Assembly (NCBI GenBank): GCA_019750255.1
Contig: JAIEOU010000001.1
Span: forward strand, 36,006 to 100,005
Reading direction: 5' to 3'
Source: Patescibacteria group bacterium
GTDB taxonomy: Bacteria > Patescibacteriota > Minisyncoccia > Phycocordibacterales > UBA918
DNA length: 64,000 nt
Numbering within the stretch: position 1 is the stretch's first letter; the number at the start of each line of letters is the position of its first letter. Below the pieces are notes generated by a model. That model had not been told where the DNA came from. It saw only the letters and a program-made list of their open reading frames with translations, and ran no database searches. The translations under genes were made by a program, and so were the position numbers. Positions 18,483-27,320 of the stretch are shown piece after piece.

Positions 18483-18982
18483 AGCTGTGTCTTAATTAGT
18501 TGTGTGATCGCCTCTAGCTTTTGATTGCGGCGATCGTACTTTGCCGCACGTGTCGAAGTAGCGCTCAGCCAATTCCAAATAATCCTCTTTGTGTCGTCTT
18601 CGCTGACAAAGCGCGCCCCTATAGAAAGGACATTGGCATTATTATGTTCGCGAGAAAGCGCGACAATATCGTCGGGCCCACCATAATACACAACGGCACG
18701 GACGCACGGGTACCGATTCGCTACCATCGCTTCACCCTGGCCCGAACCACCAAAAATTATGGCACAGGCGCTGTCTGATGCGCGACTTACAGCTTGCGCT
18801 GCGAGCGCAATAAAATCAGGAAAGTCATCTTCAGAGTCATAATGCATAGCCCCATGATCGACGACGGTCACTCCCTCACCCTCAAGCCATACCCGCACCA
18901 TTTCTTTGTGCGCGAACCCGGCATGATCAGCCGCCACATGCACAGACAACTGGAGGAGTGGTCGCGTTGGCTCGATTCCCAT
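18479..18982 (-). CDS. rpiB: Ribose-5-phosphate isomerase B (RpiB/LacAB family)
   Basis: AADHAG, GGSGQGEAMVANR, SREHNNANVLSIGAR; start chosen just after the gap stop. Confidence 0.92.
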   Translation of the reverse strand: MGIEPTRPLLQLSVHVAADHAGFAHKEMVRVWLEGEGVTVVDHGAMHYDSEDDFPDFIALAAQAVSRASDSACAIIFGGSGQGEAMVANRYPCVRAVVYYGGPDDIVALSREHNNANVLSIGARFVSEDDTKRIIWNWLSATSTRAAKYDRRNQKLEAITQLIKTQL

Positions 18983-18983
18983 A

Positions 18984-20009
18984 CTATTGCAGAAGCTTGC
19001 CGACAGCTCGTACGTGTTCAATCAGAGTTTGGGTGTAGCTTGTCTCGTTGTCGTACCAAGCAAGCACCTTCACGAGATTTCCATCAATGACCTTAGTAAA
19101 CGCCAAGTCAGCGATGGAGCCGACACGAGCACCTATAATGTCGCTCGACACCAAATCCTCATCAGTTACGGCAAACAAATGCTCCCAACGCGGCTCCTTA
19201 GCGGCATCAGCTAAAATCTTATTTACCTCTTCTACACTTGTATTCCGTGAAGCGATAAACGTAACGTCAACTATTGAACCAACCGGTACTGGTACCCGTA
19301 GCGAAATACCATCGAACTTACCTTTTAGCTCTGGGTGCGCAAGTGCTGTAGCAATTGCTGCTCCCGTGGATGACGGCACTATATTCAATGCGGCCGCTCT
19401 CCCCTCTCGCAAGTCTTTTTTACTTGGTCCGTCAACGAGTGCTTGTGATGCGGTATACGCATGAACCGTCGAGAGCACTGCTTTTTCAATCCCAATTGCT
19501 TCTTTAAGAATACCCACTAGCGGACTCGCCGCATTGGTTGTACACGATGCGTTCGAAGAAATTTGGCACGACTTAAGGTCGTCTTCATTGACACCCATAA
19601 GCACTGTTGCTCCGGCGACACCGGCCTCCTTTGAGTCGTCTTTGGCCGGTGCTGAAATAACTACCCGCTTAGCTCCACCATCAAGGTGCTGTTTTGCGCC
19701 GCTGTAACTAGTGAAAAAACCAGTCGATTCGACCACAACATCAACCCCGAGTTGACCCCAGGGAATTTTAGCTGGTTCCTTTTCTTGCAAGAAAGATACC
19801 TCTTTACCTGCCACCATGAGCTTCCCATCCCGTGCCTCGACATCAAACTGACTCCGACCATACGCCGAATCATACTTGAGAAGGTAGGCGAGATTTTCTA
19901 CGTGGCCTAAATCGTTTACCGCCACAACCTCAAAATCAGGATTACCGTAGGCAAGACGAAAAAAAGTTCTTCCGATACGACCAAATCCGTTGATGCCAAC
20001 TTTTATCAT
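18984..20009 (-). CDS. gap: Type I glyceraldehyde-3-phosphate dehydrogenase
   Basis: GINGFGRIGR, SNASCTTN catalytic Cys, NIVPSSTGAA, WYDNE. Confidence 0.97.
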   Translation of the reverse strand: MIKVGINGFGRIGRTFFRLAYGNPDFEVVAVNDLGHVENLAYLLKYDSAYGRSQFDVEARDGKLMVAGKEVSFLQEKEPAKIPWGQLGVDVVVESTGFFTSYSGAKQHLDGGAKRVVISAPAKDDSKEAGVAGATVLMGVNEDDLKSCQISSNASCTTNAASPLVGILKEAIGIEKAVLSTVHAYTASQALVDGPSKKDLREGRAAALNIVPSSTGAAIATALAHPELKGKFDGISLRVPVPVGSIVDVTFIASRNTSVEEVNKILADAAKEPRWEHLFAVTDEDLVSSDIIGARVGSIADLAFTKVIDGNLVKVLAWYDNETSYTQTLIEHVRAVGKLLQ

Positions 20010-20027
20010 AAATATATGTACTGCTTA

Positions 20028-21527
20028 CTAACGACTGTCGTCAGTATAACGAGATTTAGCAGGAAGCGCACGACTGTTATCCTCACGCTTCCTGCGAAGA
20101 CGCCGCCACATAAATAGCAGAAAAAGGAACCAGAGAAGACTGACTGCTCCAGGCAGAAAGGGAAAGAGCCACATAGTACGTAATAACGCATCCGGAAATA
20201 CCACTTCTTGTGGAGCTTCTCTATCTCCAATAAAGATTACCTGCTTTCCGTAGCGCCCAACTACCCTGGTCTCGTAGTCGTACACCTCAATAAGTAGTTG
20301 TGATATCCCTTCCGCAGCGAGCGGGGCCAAAGTCGTTTCGTAGGCAGTGCCGGCAGCATTTAATCGAAGAAGAAATGTGTAGCTTTTTGTGTAGTCGGTG
20401 GGGTCAAGCAGCGACACTATAATCGACTTCAAGTGGCGAGGTAATGCTTCAACCGGAATGAGCAGTGAAAACGGTGCGACTGCCGATAGTTCTATCAAAG
20501 GATCAGCAAAGGTATTCATATACTCCCCCTGTAGTATTTGGATAGAAGAGCGTTTCAGGGTAGTAAGGACAACATCTGGTGGTAGTACCGGTACGGTCGT
20601 CTCGGGAATGGGTGCTACCTCAGTGACTCCTACCCCCTCGCCCGCCCGCACCACCCGCACTACCGCGCCCGATGAAACACCGCCATCAACATCGAGCACG
20701 TAGACCGTATAGAATTGGAATCCGTAGGCCGCAAGTGCATTCTGGTCAAGCACGGATTCGCCATCACCTTGATATACCACCATACCGTCGTGTGGATCAG
20801 CCGGAAAGCCAAGGTGATTACGTACGATTCGCACTTGATGGGGTGTAGTTTGTAGAGGATTGTCCCACCGTAACCGCACGTCATGTCCTATCGCAACTGC
20901 TGTTAGTCGAGAGACGTTTTGCGGCATAGCCTGACTAACGGGACTTTTGGTCGTGAACGTTCCGCGGCCTAATACCTGTTCAATATCATTGGCTGGGTTT
21001 ATGCCGACGAGTTCGTACTGGTACACAGTACCCGGTATAAGGTCGGTAAGTTCGGTATTATGTACCTCACGGTACCGCTCCGTGGCAATAAATCCTGATT
21101 CGTAGGAGGAGGTCTTACCCCAACGCAAAACAAACCGTGATGGTCGATTTGTGGTCCACGTAACAATCACTGAGGTTACATCTGGCGTAATCAAGACCGG
21201 ACCTCGAAGGGACAGTCGCCCTGAAGCAGTAGTACCGGAACTTGTGGCAGCTGGCGTGGGCGGTGGTGCGACAGGTGGAGCAAGAGTGGTCGTCGCGAGA
21301 CTGTTTGATGATGAAGAGAATGCGAATAGCCAGTCGAATGCCTGCACAAAATACGTATAAGTAGTTGAAGCAACAAGCCCAGTGTCGGAAAAACTGGTAA
21401 GGGTCGTAGTCGCAATCGGAGACCCGTCACGATAGATCGTTGGTAGCGGTGAGACCATTGAAGGTTGAGGTACCACTGAAGGCTGGGGCGATAGCAAAGA
21501 CAGCGGCGCCGGCGCCGGTTTCGTCAT
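20028..21527 (-). CDS. Fibronectin type III-repeat surface protein with a C-terminal TM anchor; apparently N-terminally truncated (credible coding starts near 21438)
   Basis: IYRDG...FSDTGLVASTTYTYFVQAFD and LTDLIPGTVYQYEL Fn3 motifs, C-terminal TM plus basic tail; no signal peptide, and the first ~30 codons overlap the upstream gene out of frame. Confidence 0.7.
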   Translation of the reverse strand: MTKPAPAPLSLLSPQPSVVPQPSMVSPLPTIYRDGSPIATTTLTSFSDTGLVASTTYTYFVQAFDWLFAFSSSSNSLATTTLAPPVAPPPTPAATSSGTTASGRLSLRGPVLITPDVTSVIVTWTTNRPSRFVLRWGKTSSYESGFIATERYREVHNTELTDLIPGTVYQYELVGINPANDIEQVLGRGTFTTKSPVSQAMPQNVSRLTAVAIGHDVRLRWDNPLQTTPHQVRIVRNHLGFPADPHDGMVVYQGDGESVLDQNALAAYGFQFYTVYVLDVDGGVSSGAVVRVVRAGEGVGVTEVAPIPETTVPVLPPDVVLTTLKRSSIQILQGEYMNTFADPLIELSAVAPFSLLIPVEALPRHLKSIIVSLLDPTDYTKSYTFLLRLNAAGTAYETTLAPLAAEGISQLLIEVYDYETRVVGRYGKQVIFIGDREAPQEVVFPDALLRTMWLFPFLPGAVSLLWFLFLLFMWRRLRRKREDNSRALPAKSRYTDDSR

Positions 21528-22337
21528 TAAGGAGAGCGGCGAGTTGGGAGGAGTTTGAGAAAGAAGACGCGAAGCCTAGTGACGACGTCGCTACCCAACG
21601 GGTGGTAGTACCGGTAGTTTGGAGCACCATACCCAAAGTACCACTGGCGTTACTCCCATCGTAAATCGCACCCGTAACTCGGGCGTCTCCGACGACGGTA
21701 AATTCTTGTGACGGAGTTGAAGTACCCACCCCTACATTACCATTTGAACCAATTGTGAATACTTCAGTGACACCCGAGAAAAAGCGAGCAATGGCGCCAG
21801 CACCATTTTGGATGACCGAAAGAATCGTGTTGCTGCTGGTTGCCTGCATAGTGTCAGCCACATCACTGCGTAGGAGCGATGATGATGAGAGTCCGTCCAG
21901 GCGTCGCGCCTCAAAGGCAGCTGGAACCGTACCCATGATTTTTCGAGGGGACATTTCACCATCCCAGACCGGTGAGGTGGTTGTACCACCCACCTCAACC
22001 GCTAGGTATAAGACCTGGTTAAAGTCGACACTGGTAAGTGGTGTCGAAGACCCAAGCATCACGGAAAAGAGACCGTTTGTCACCTGCACCCGCGCACCAC
22101 CCGTGAGAGACTCACTCCATACAGCGGAGGTAGTAGCAATACTCGGCGAAGTCACAAGCCAAAACCGAAGATTGTACGTTCCGTTAGGAACCGCAACCCC
22201 AGCGCTGTTTGTAAGCTTGGCCTGGTAATTAATAGTAGGCGAAGGCGCTGCGGTGGCCGGAGTAATAAACAAAGACCCCACGAGGAGACTCAAGGTACAC
22301 AGTAGCAACCACGTGAGAGAGAGAGTATTTTTTTCAT
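21427..22337 (-). pseudogene. Secreted beta-repeat surface protein, frameshifted at the start and apparently truncated at the C-terminus
   Basis: INYQAKLTN...NGLFSVMLG...EMSPR N-terminal domain and GNVGVGTSTPS repeat; ATG 22337 (MKKI) is out of frame with the signal peptide across an A7/(CT)5 tract; stops abruptly at ...LTATNDLS. Confidence 0.65.
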
Positions 22338-22339
22338 AC

Positions 22340-23122
22340 TCATGGGGTTGCGCTTGGCATAGGGGTGCGGTTTTCAAACCGTACGACTTCGGCTGCTGCC
22401 GCAACCGGCACCGTCACAAAGGACAGGCTCGTGCTGCCCAATTGCGTAGTACTATCGAGAGATACCGTTCCCACACCAGGCGCGGTGTAAGCGACCGTTA
22501 CTGGGTCAGAAAATAATTCTGCTACTACTACCGGATCCTCTGGTGATCCGGCTGGCAGCACCAGCACCCCCGCCGCACCCTCACTAAAACGTCGCGCTTC
22601 GTGCGTGTCCTCAAAAACGGGCCGCTCAATGACGATAGATGATAGCGGTAACTCGTGCTGGACCTCAGGACTTGCGACCATTACGGTGTTTACCGAGAGC
22701 GAAGACTGGGCCTTTTGCAGGGCTACTGTTTGCGAAAAAAGGTCTGGCGCCACCGTAAAGGCATAGCCGGCAACCACGCCACACACGACCACAGTGACAG
22801 CCCTCAATACTCCTTGACGCGCACTGTACCGCGGATGCGAGGCGACAATATCAAAACGGTTTTTTATTGCGGTCTTCACCTCACGTTCACGACGACGCTC
22901 TCGACTGAGGTGCCGGTTTCTGACTTCAGCTTCAAGCTCGGTTGTTTCGATAAACCGAGCGAGCGAGGAGTTGTCTATAAACCACTGTCGCCCGACCAGG
23001 GCGCCGACAATCTGCCCGTCGCGCGCCAGCTTGGCAATGTAGTCACGAGTGTACTTCGTACCCACCGCAACGTCTTTGATGGGAAGAAGTTTTTTCCCGT
23101 TAATTGTTAGTGCCTCACTCAT
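22340..23122 (-). CDS. Excisionase-like HTH domain membrane protein
   Basis: N-terminal YTRDYIAKLARDGQIVGALVGRQWFID (HTH_17/MerR-like winged helix), central TM helix, putative extracytoplasmic tail. Confidence 0.75.
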   Translation of the reverse strand: MSEALTINGKKLLPIKDVAVGTKYTRDYIAKLARDGQIVGALVGRQWFIDNSSLARFIETTELEAEVRNRHLSRERRREREVKTAIKNRFDIVASHPRYSARQGVLRAVTVVVCGVVAGYAFTVAPDLFSQTVALQKAQSSLSVNTVMVASPEVQHELPLSSIVIERPVFEDTHEARRFSEGAAGVLVLPAGSPEDPVVVAELFSDPVTVAYTAPGVGTVSLDSTTQLGSTSLSFVTVPVAAAAEVVRFENRTPMPSATP

Positions 23123-23192
23123 GGCGATATGGCTTTAATTATAAAGCTATATCGCCCAAAAAACGTGTCTTAACTGTTAATAAGTTTTGCGT

Positions 23193-24221
23193 TTATTTAG
23201 GGGCAAAAAAATCGTGTACCGCCGCTGCATTGAACTGCCAGGATACCAGCTCTTCGCCCGATGACCCTATGCTCGTCACACTCTCAAGGACCAAGAGAGC
23301 ACTCGCGACCGCCACCGTCAAAACGATAACCGCTGGAGCAATGACCAAGCGAAAAAATAGCGAACTGGCCTTATCTTCTCTAGCGGGTGCCGGGGACGAT
23401 TGTTTGGTCGCCCCAAACGCCACACCTGACTGTCTTTGCGGAATTGCAATAACCGGCTTATGTACTCTCGCGGGCGTATCTGTCTTAATTTTCTTTACCG
23501 CCACCGGATAGGTGGCGTTACGAGGAATTGGTGTGTGCTTTACCACGCCTGATTTCAAGGCCTTCTCAAAGTGCGGGGCCGTCACAGCGTGTCGGTCATC
23601 CACCAGAGCTGGGTGAACAGTAGCATCGGTGCGTTCGATATAGGTAGATTTTTGAATCTTTTTATCATCAACCACAGCATCACTCACCTGGTCAAAAGTG
23701 GGCGCATAATCCAGCACCTTCAGCGTCCCCGCCAGGGCCACTGCGGGCATTGGTTGACTAATCATGGTTACGTTCTTGGACCGACTTGCAACCTGAACCC
23801 GTTCACTTTCAGCAAGCTCAATCCTCATTTTTTGAATCGGAGGGTTCTCTTTCGATATACCAGGCAATAAGTCCGAACTATCCTCCTGATACTTAGGCTT
23901 TTTCCAAAAAACTCTATCTTGGAAATGTGGAGTCTGTGACTTAAGCGTATTCTTGGCTAGAGGCGAATTTACGGTTCTACGAGATGATGTTATTTCATTC
24001 GTTTCTTTCTCAGTCTTCTCGGCTGAACGAAGCTCAGCATAGCGCGTAGACTTGTGGCCATCGAGTGAAGCTGGAAAGACGTACCAGGTTCGCCCAACAA
24101 GGTGAGCGTCAACTTTTCGTGCCCGACACAACTGGCCGATATAATCGGTGGTATAGTTGTGCCGTTTAGCGAGCACACTAGCTTTCACGTATTCTACTTC
24201 GTCAATAGTAACGGTTTCCAT
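23193..24221 (-). CDS. Excisionase-like HTH domain membrane protein
   Basis: N-terminal YTTDYIGQLCRARKVDAHLVGRTWYV, long low-complexity linker, C-terminal TM helix. Confidence 0.75.
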   Translation of the reverse strand: METVTIDEVEYVKASVLAKRHNYTTDYIGQLCRARKVDAHLVGRTWYVFPASLDGHKSTRYAELRSAEKTEKETNEITSSRRTVNSPLAKNTLKSQTPHFQDRVFWKKPKYQEDSSDLLPGISKENPPIQKMRIELAESERVQVASRSKNVTMISQPMPAVALAGTLKVLDYAPTFDQVSDAVVDDKKIQKSTYIERTDATVHPALVDDRHAVTAPHFEKALKSGVVKHTPIPRNATYPVAVKKIKTDTPARVHKPVIAIPQRQSGVAFGATKQSSPAPAREDKASSLFFRLVIAPAVIVLTVAVASALLVLESVTSIGSSGEELVSWQFNAAAVHDFFAPK

Positions 24222-24290
24222 TACAGAAAGTATACCAGGTTTGAGCGCCCTGGCTTAGCCTCCGTGTGAATAGAAATATGATCTTCTCGT

Positions 24291-25709
24291 TTACTTGAGA
24301 TACTCAATAAGGAGCTGCTTCAATATCTCGGGATCAGCACTCCCACGACTCTGCTTCATAGCCTGTCCGAGGAGGAATTGTAGTGCAGTTACCTTACCAC
24401 CCTTATACTCGTCCGCGACCGCACTAAACTCAGTCACCACCGCCGCTACTAGGCTCATAAGCGCACTAGTATCAACACTACGCAACAGCCCACGCTCGGT
24501 TGCTACGGTTCTTGGATGCTCGTTGGAGACAGCGATCTCAGTCAAAATATCCTTAGCGACCCGTGAAGTGATATCACCAGCATGAATCATCTGCATAAGC
24601 TCAAGAAAATGCTCTGGAGTCAGCGTAAGCTCAACACCTTTACTTATAATTGAGAGTAAATCAGAGGTTAGATAATTTGCCGCCAAAACCACTACTTCGT
24701 TAGGAAGCTTGGCGGCCAGCGCACGCTTACACACAGAACTAAAGTAAGTATCCGAGAATTCATCCGCAACGATTTGATTTGATGTATTTATCGTCAAACC
24801 AAGATTACTATATTTTTTGCGCTTATCTTCAGGTAATTCTATTATTATATCGTTTAGCCGAGAAAACGCTATATGCTTGGATATATCCATCTTTGGGATG
24901 TCCGGGTCAGGAAAATAGCGGTAGTCCTTGGCTGTCTCTTTGGATCGCTGAGTAAAGGTGCGGAGCTTAACCTCGTCCCAGCCCCGAGTTTCTTGGGACA
25001 CACTTCCCCCACTCTTAAGTACGTCAACTTGTCGGTCAATCTCAAACGCGATGGCGCCTTCAACCGACTTAAAGGAGTTTAGATTTTTAACCTCCACTTT
25101 TGTGCCAAGGACCCCTTCGGTGTCACTTACAGAAATGTTTGCCTCGACACGCATCTCACCCCGCTCCATCTGGGCTTTTGCCACCCCGAGGGTGCGGAGC
25201 ACTAGTTGAAGCTCCCGGGCAAAATCTCCAGCGGTCACCGCATCATGAATAACCGGTTCGGTAACCAGTTCCATGAGTGGTACCCCAGCTCGGTTAAAAT
25301 CAACCAGACTAAAATCTCCCTTATCGTGCTGACTGCGGGCTGTGTCTTCTTCAAGATGCACTCGAGTGAGGGTAACACCTTTCAGTGATCCTCCGGTTAG
25401 AAACGGAAAGGCGTACTGACTGAGCTGGTAGGCCTTTGGGATGTCCGGGTAAAAATAATTTTTACGATCAAACTCTGAATAGGTTGCGGGCGTAGCACCG
25501 ACCGCTGCACCAAACGTTAGCACTGCCGCAATGGCTGCTTCGTTAGGAACCGGTAAACTTCCGGGATGAGCGAGACAAACCGGACACACGTGGGTGTTCG
25601 GTTCGCTCTCGTGCGGATCATTTTTGCATCCACAAAACATTTTACTCTTAGTGGCGAGCTCAACATGAACTTCAAGACCGATCGTGGCTTGGTACACTTT
25701 TTCTGACAT
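24291..25709 (-). CDS. gatB: Asp-tRNA(Asn)/Glu-tRNA(Gln) amidotransferase subunit B
   Basis: IGLEVHVEL, FDRKNYFYPD, HLEED, DFNRAGVPLMELVTEP, EVKNLNS, DYRYFPDPD. Confidence 0.97.
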   Translation of the reverse strand: MSEKVYQATIGLEVHVELATKSKMFCGCKNDPHESEPNTHVCPVCLAHPGSLPVPNEAAIAAVLTFGAAVGATPATYSEFDRKNYFYPDIPKAYQLSQYAFPFLTGGSLKGVTLTRVHLEEDTARSQHDKGDFSLVDFNRAGVPLMELVTEPVIHDAVTAGDFARELQLVLRTLGVAKAQMERGEMRVEANISVSDTEGVLGTKVEVKNLNSFKSVEGAIAFEIDRQVDVLKSGGSVSQETRGWDEVKLRTFTQRSKETAKDYRYFPDPDIPKMDISKHIAFSRLNDIIIELPEDKRKKYSNLGLTINTSNQIVADEFSDTYFSSVCKRALAAKLPNEVVVLAANYLTSDLLSIISKGVELTLTPEHFLELMQMIHAGDITSRVAKDILTEIAVSNEHPRTVATERGLLRSVDTSALMSLVAAVVTEFSAVADEYKGGKVTALQFLLGQAMKQSRGSADPEILKQLLIEYLK

Positions 25710-25714
25710 ACAAT

Positions 25715-26695
25715 TTATGCCTTATTGTACGGTTCTCGCAGGTGTGCGACAAGCGCATCGCTGAATTCTTTAACTCCTTCACCAGTTATTGCAGACACAA
25801 CAAACACACGTTTCCCAATTATGTCAATACTTGCAAGAACTCCTTCAATAAAATCTTTATTTACAAGGTCCATTTTGTTAAAAATAATCCATTCTTCTTT
25901 CTCAGTAAGCGAAGCATCGTACGATGAAAGCTCCTTACGAATGGTGTAATAGTCACTTTTTGGATCAGCACTATCAAGTGAAATCACGTGGAGGAGCATT
26001 TTAGTACGGGCGATGTGCCGGAGGAAGCTATGTCCAAGACCCTTCCCAGCGGCTGCTCCTTCAATAAGACCGGGAATGTCTGCAAGCACATACCCGTAGA
26101 GTTCCCCAAGCTGAGGTGATTTTGTCGTAAAGGCGTAGGCACCAACTTTAGATTGAGCATTCGTGAGTGCGTTGATGAGCGATGATTTCCCGGCATTCGG
26201 AAAACCTACCATGCCAGCATCAACAACAAGCGAGAGCTCAATGTGGAGCAGACCACGCTCTCCCTCTTTTCCCTTAGTTGCTTTCTCGGGCGAGCGGTTA
26301 ACGGATGACTTGAAATACTCGTTACCAAGTCCCCCAGCGCCTCCTTTATAAATGCGTACTGTTTCGCCTTCTGTGAGCACCTCAAACACCCGTCCTTTTT
26401 CGCGATCGCGCACACTCGTGCCAATCGGTACGTCAATATACAGGTCATCTCCACCCTTCCCGGTTTTACTCCCATTATGACCAGCTTCGCCTGAGGCGGC
26501 AGCAAACTTCTTCTCACCCGTGTAGCGACCGAGCACAGAAATATCCCGAACGGCGCGGACATACACGTCGCCCCCCTTACCACCATCTCCACCCGCAGGA
26601 CCAGCCATGGGTTTGTATTTGTCATGACGCCACCGGACTACTCCATCTCCCCCATTACCGGCTGCCACTTGAAGGGTAATTTCATCAATAAACAT
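25715..26695 (-). CDS. obg: Obg family GTPase (no C-terminal domain)
   Basis: Gly-rich N-terminal domain (AGNGGDG, GGDGGKGG), GFPNAGKS, YAFTT, DIPGLIEGA, NKMD, SA. Confidence 0.96.
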   Translation of the reverse strand: MFIDEITLQVAAGNGGDGVVRWRHDKYKPMAGPAGGDGGKGGDVYVRAVRDISVLGRYTGEKKFAAASGEAGHNGSKTGKGGDDLYIDVPIGTSVRDREKGRVFEVLTEGETVRIYKGGAGGLGNEYFKSSVNRSPEKATKGKEGERGLLHIELSLVVDAGMVGFPNAGKSSLINALTNAQSKVGAYAFTTKSPQLGELYGYVLADIPGLIEGAAAGKGLGHSFLRHIARTKMLLHVISLDSADPKSDYYTIRKELSSYDASLTEKEEWIIFNKMDLVNKDFIEGVLASIDIIGKRVFVVSAITGEGVKEFSDALVAHLREPYNKA

Positions 26696-26733
26696 AGGCG
26701 CATTTGTACCACAGGTAGAGCAATAAGTACAGG

Positions 26734-26891
26734 GAGAAGTGAGTCTTTGTCTGCCCCTCTTGCTGCCTATGTATGAATGACACAGGGCGGCGAACCCCGC
26801 ACGATGATGGAGTACACTAAAAAGCGGGGTCCGCTCGCGGCCCGTTCGTACCTACAAAAAAGCTATCAACCCCACCTCATCCATCACTCTC
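26734..26891. ncRNA. Candidate structured RNA with a 6S-like rod architecture
   Basis: Terminal pairing gagaagtga/tcactctc, large central unpaired region, long imperfect apical stem (gtatgaa..gggcggcgaaccccgc / gcggggtccgct..gcccgttcgtac) in an ORF-free spacer. Confidence 0.3.
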
Positions 26892-26918
26892 ATAGAGGTA
26901 CCCCTACTGAGCCGGAGG

Positions 26919-27251
26919 CTAAACAATACGATTGATGAAAAAACCAGCAACGGACATTCCAAAAGCCCCAAGCAGCGCCGGCACAAAACCAGCTACACTA
27001 AATTGAGGAACGAAATTGGCTGCTAGGGCGAAGAAGAAAGCATTCACTACCAGAAGAAAGAGCCCGAGGGTGAGGATGGTAAGCGGGAGAGTAAGGAGCA
27101 CGACAAGTGGCCGAACAAGAGCATTAAGGAGTCCTAGAACCAGCGCCGCAATTATCGCACCGAGGTAGCTTTCGACGTGGACCCCAGGTACAACCTCGGC
27201 AATCAAAAGCAGGGCTAAAGCCCCGAGGACAATTTTTACTATCAGTTTCAT
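26919..27251 (-). CDS. Four-TM membrane protein, YvlD / 'phage holin family 4' type
   Basis: ALVLGLLNALVRP...LTLPLTILTLGLFLLVVNA motif. Confidence 0.88.
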   Translation of the reverse strand: MKLIVKIVLGALALLLIAEVVPGVHVESYLGAIIAALVLGLLNALVRPLVVLLTLPLTILTLGLFLLVVNAFFFALAANFVPQFSVAGFVPALLGAFGMSVAGFFINRIV

Positions 27252-27263
27252 GACGGTAACTGT

Positions 27264-27311
27264 AACGAATAACGGACCCTTCGACAAGTTGTCTAGGGTC
27301 CGTTATTCGTT
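27264..27311 (-). terminator. Stem-loop after secA
   Basis: Perfect 17-bp stem aacgaataacggaccct / agggtccgttattcgtt. Confidence 0.7.
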
Positions 27312-27320
27312 GTGATTACA

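Noticed and set aside
21427-21429. TGA readthrough or alternative genetic code
   Set aside because: The downstream coding sequence is in a different frame, and TGA ends other genes in this window normally.
22340-27251. Prophage (excisionase-like HTHs, 'holin', tail-fibre-like protein)
   Set aside because: No integrase, terminase, capsid or portal genes; these genes are interspersed with gatB, obg and secA.
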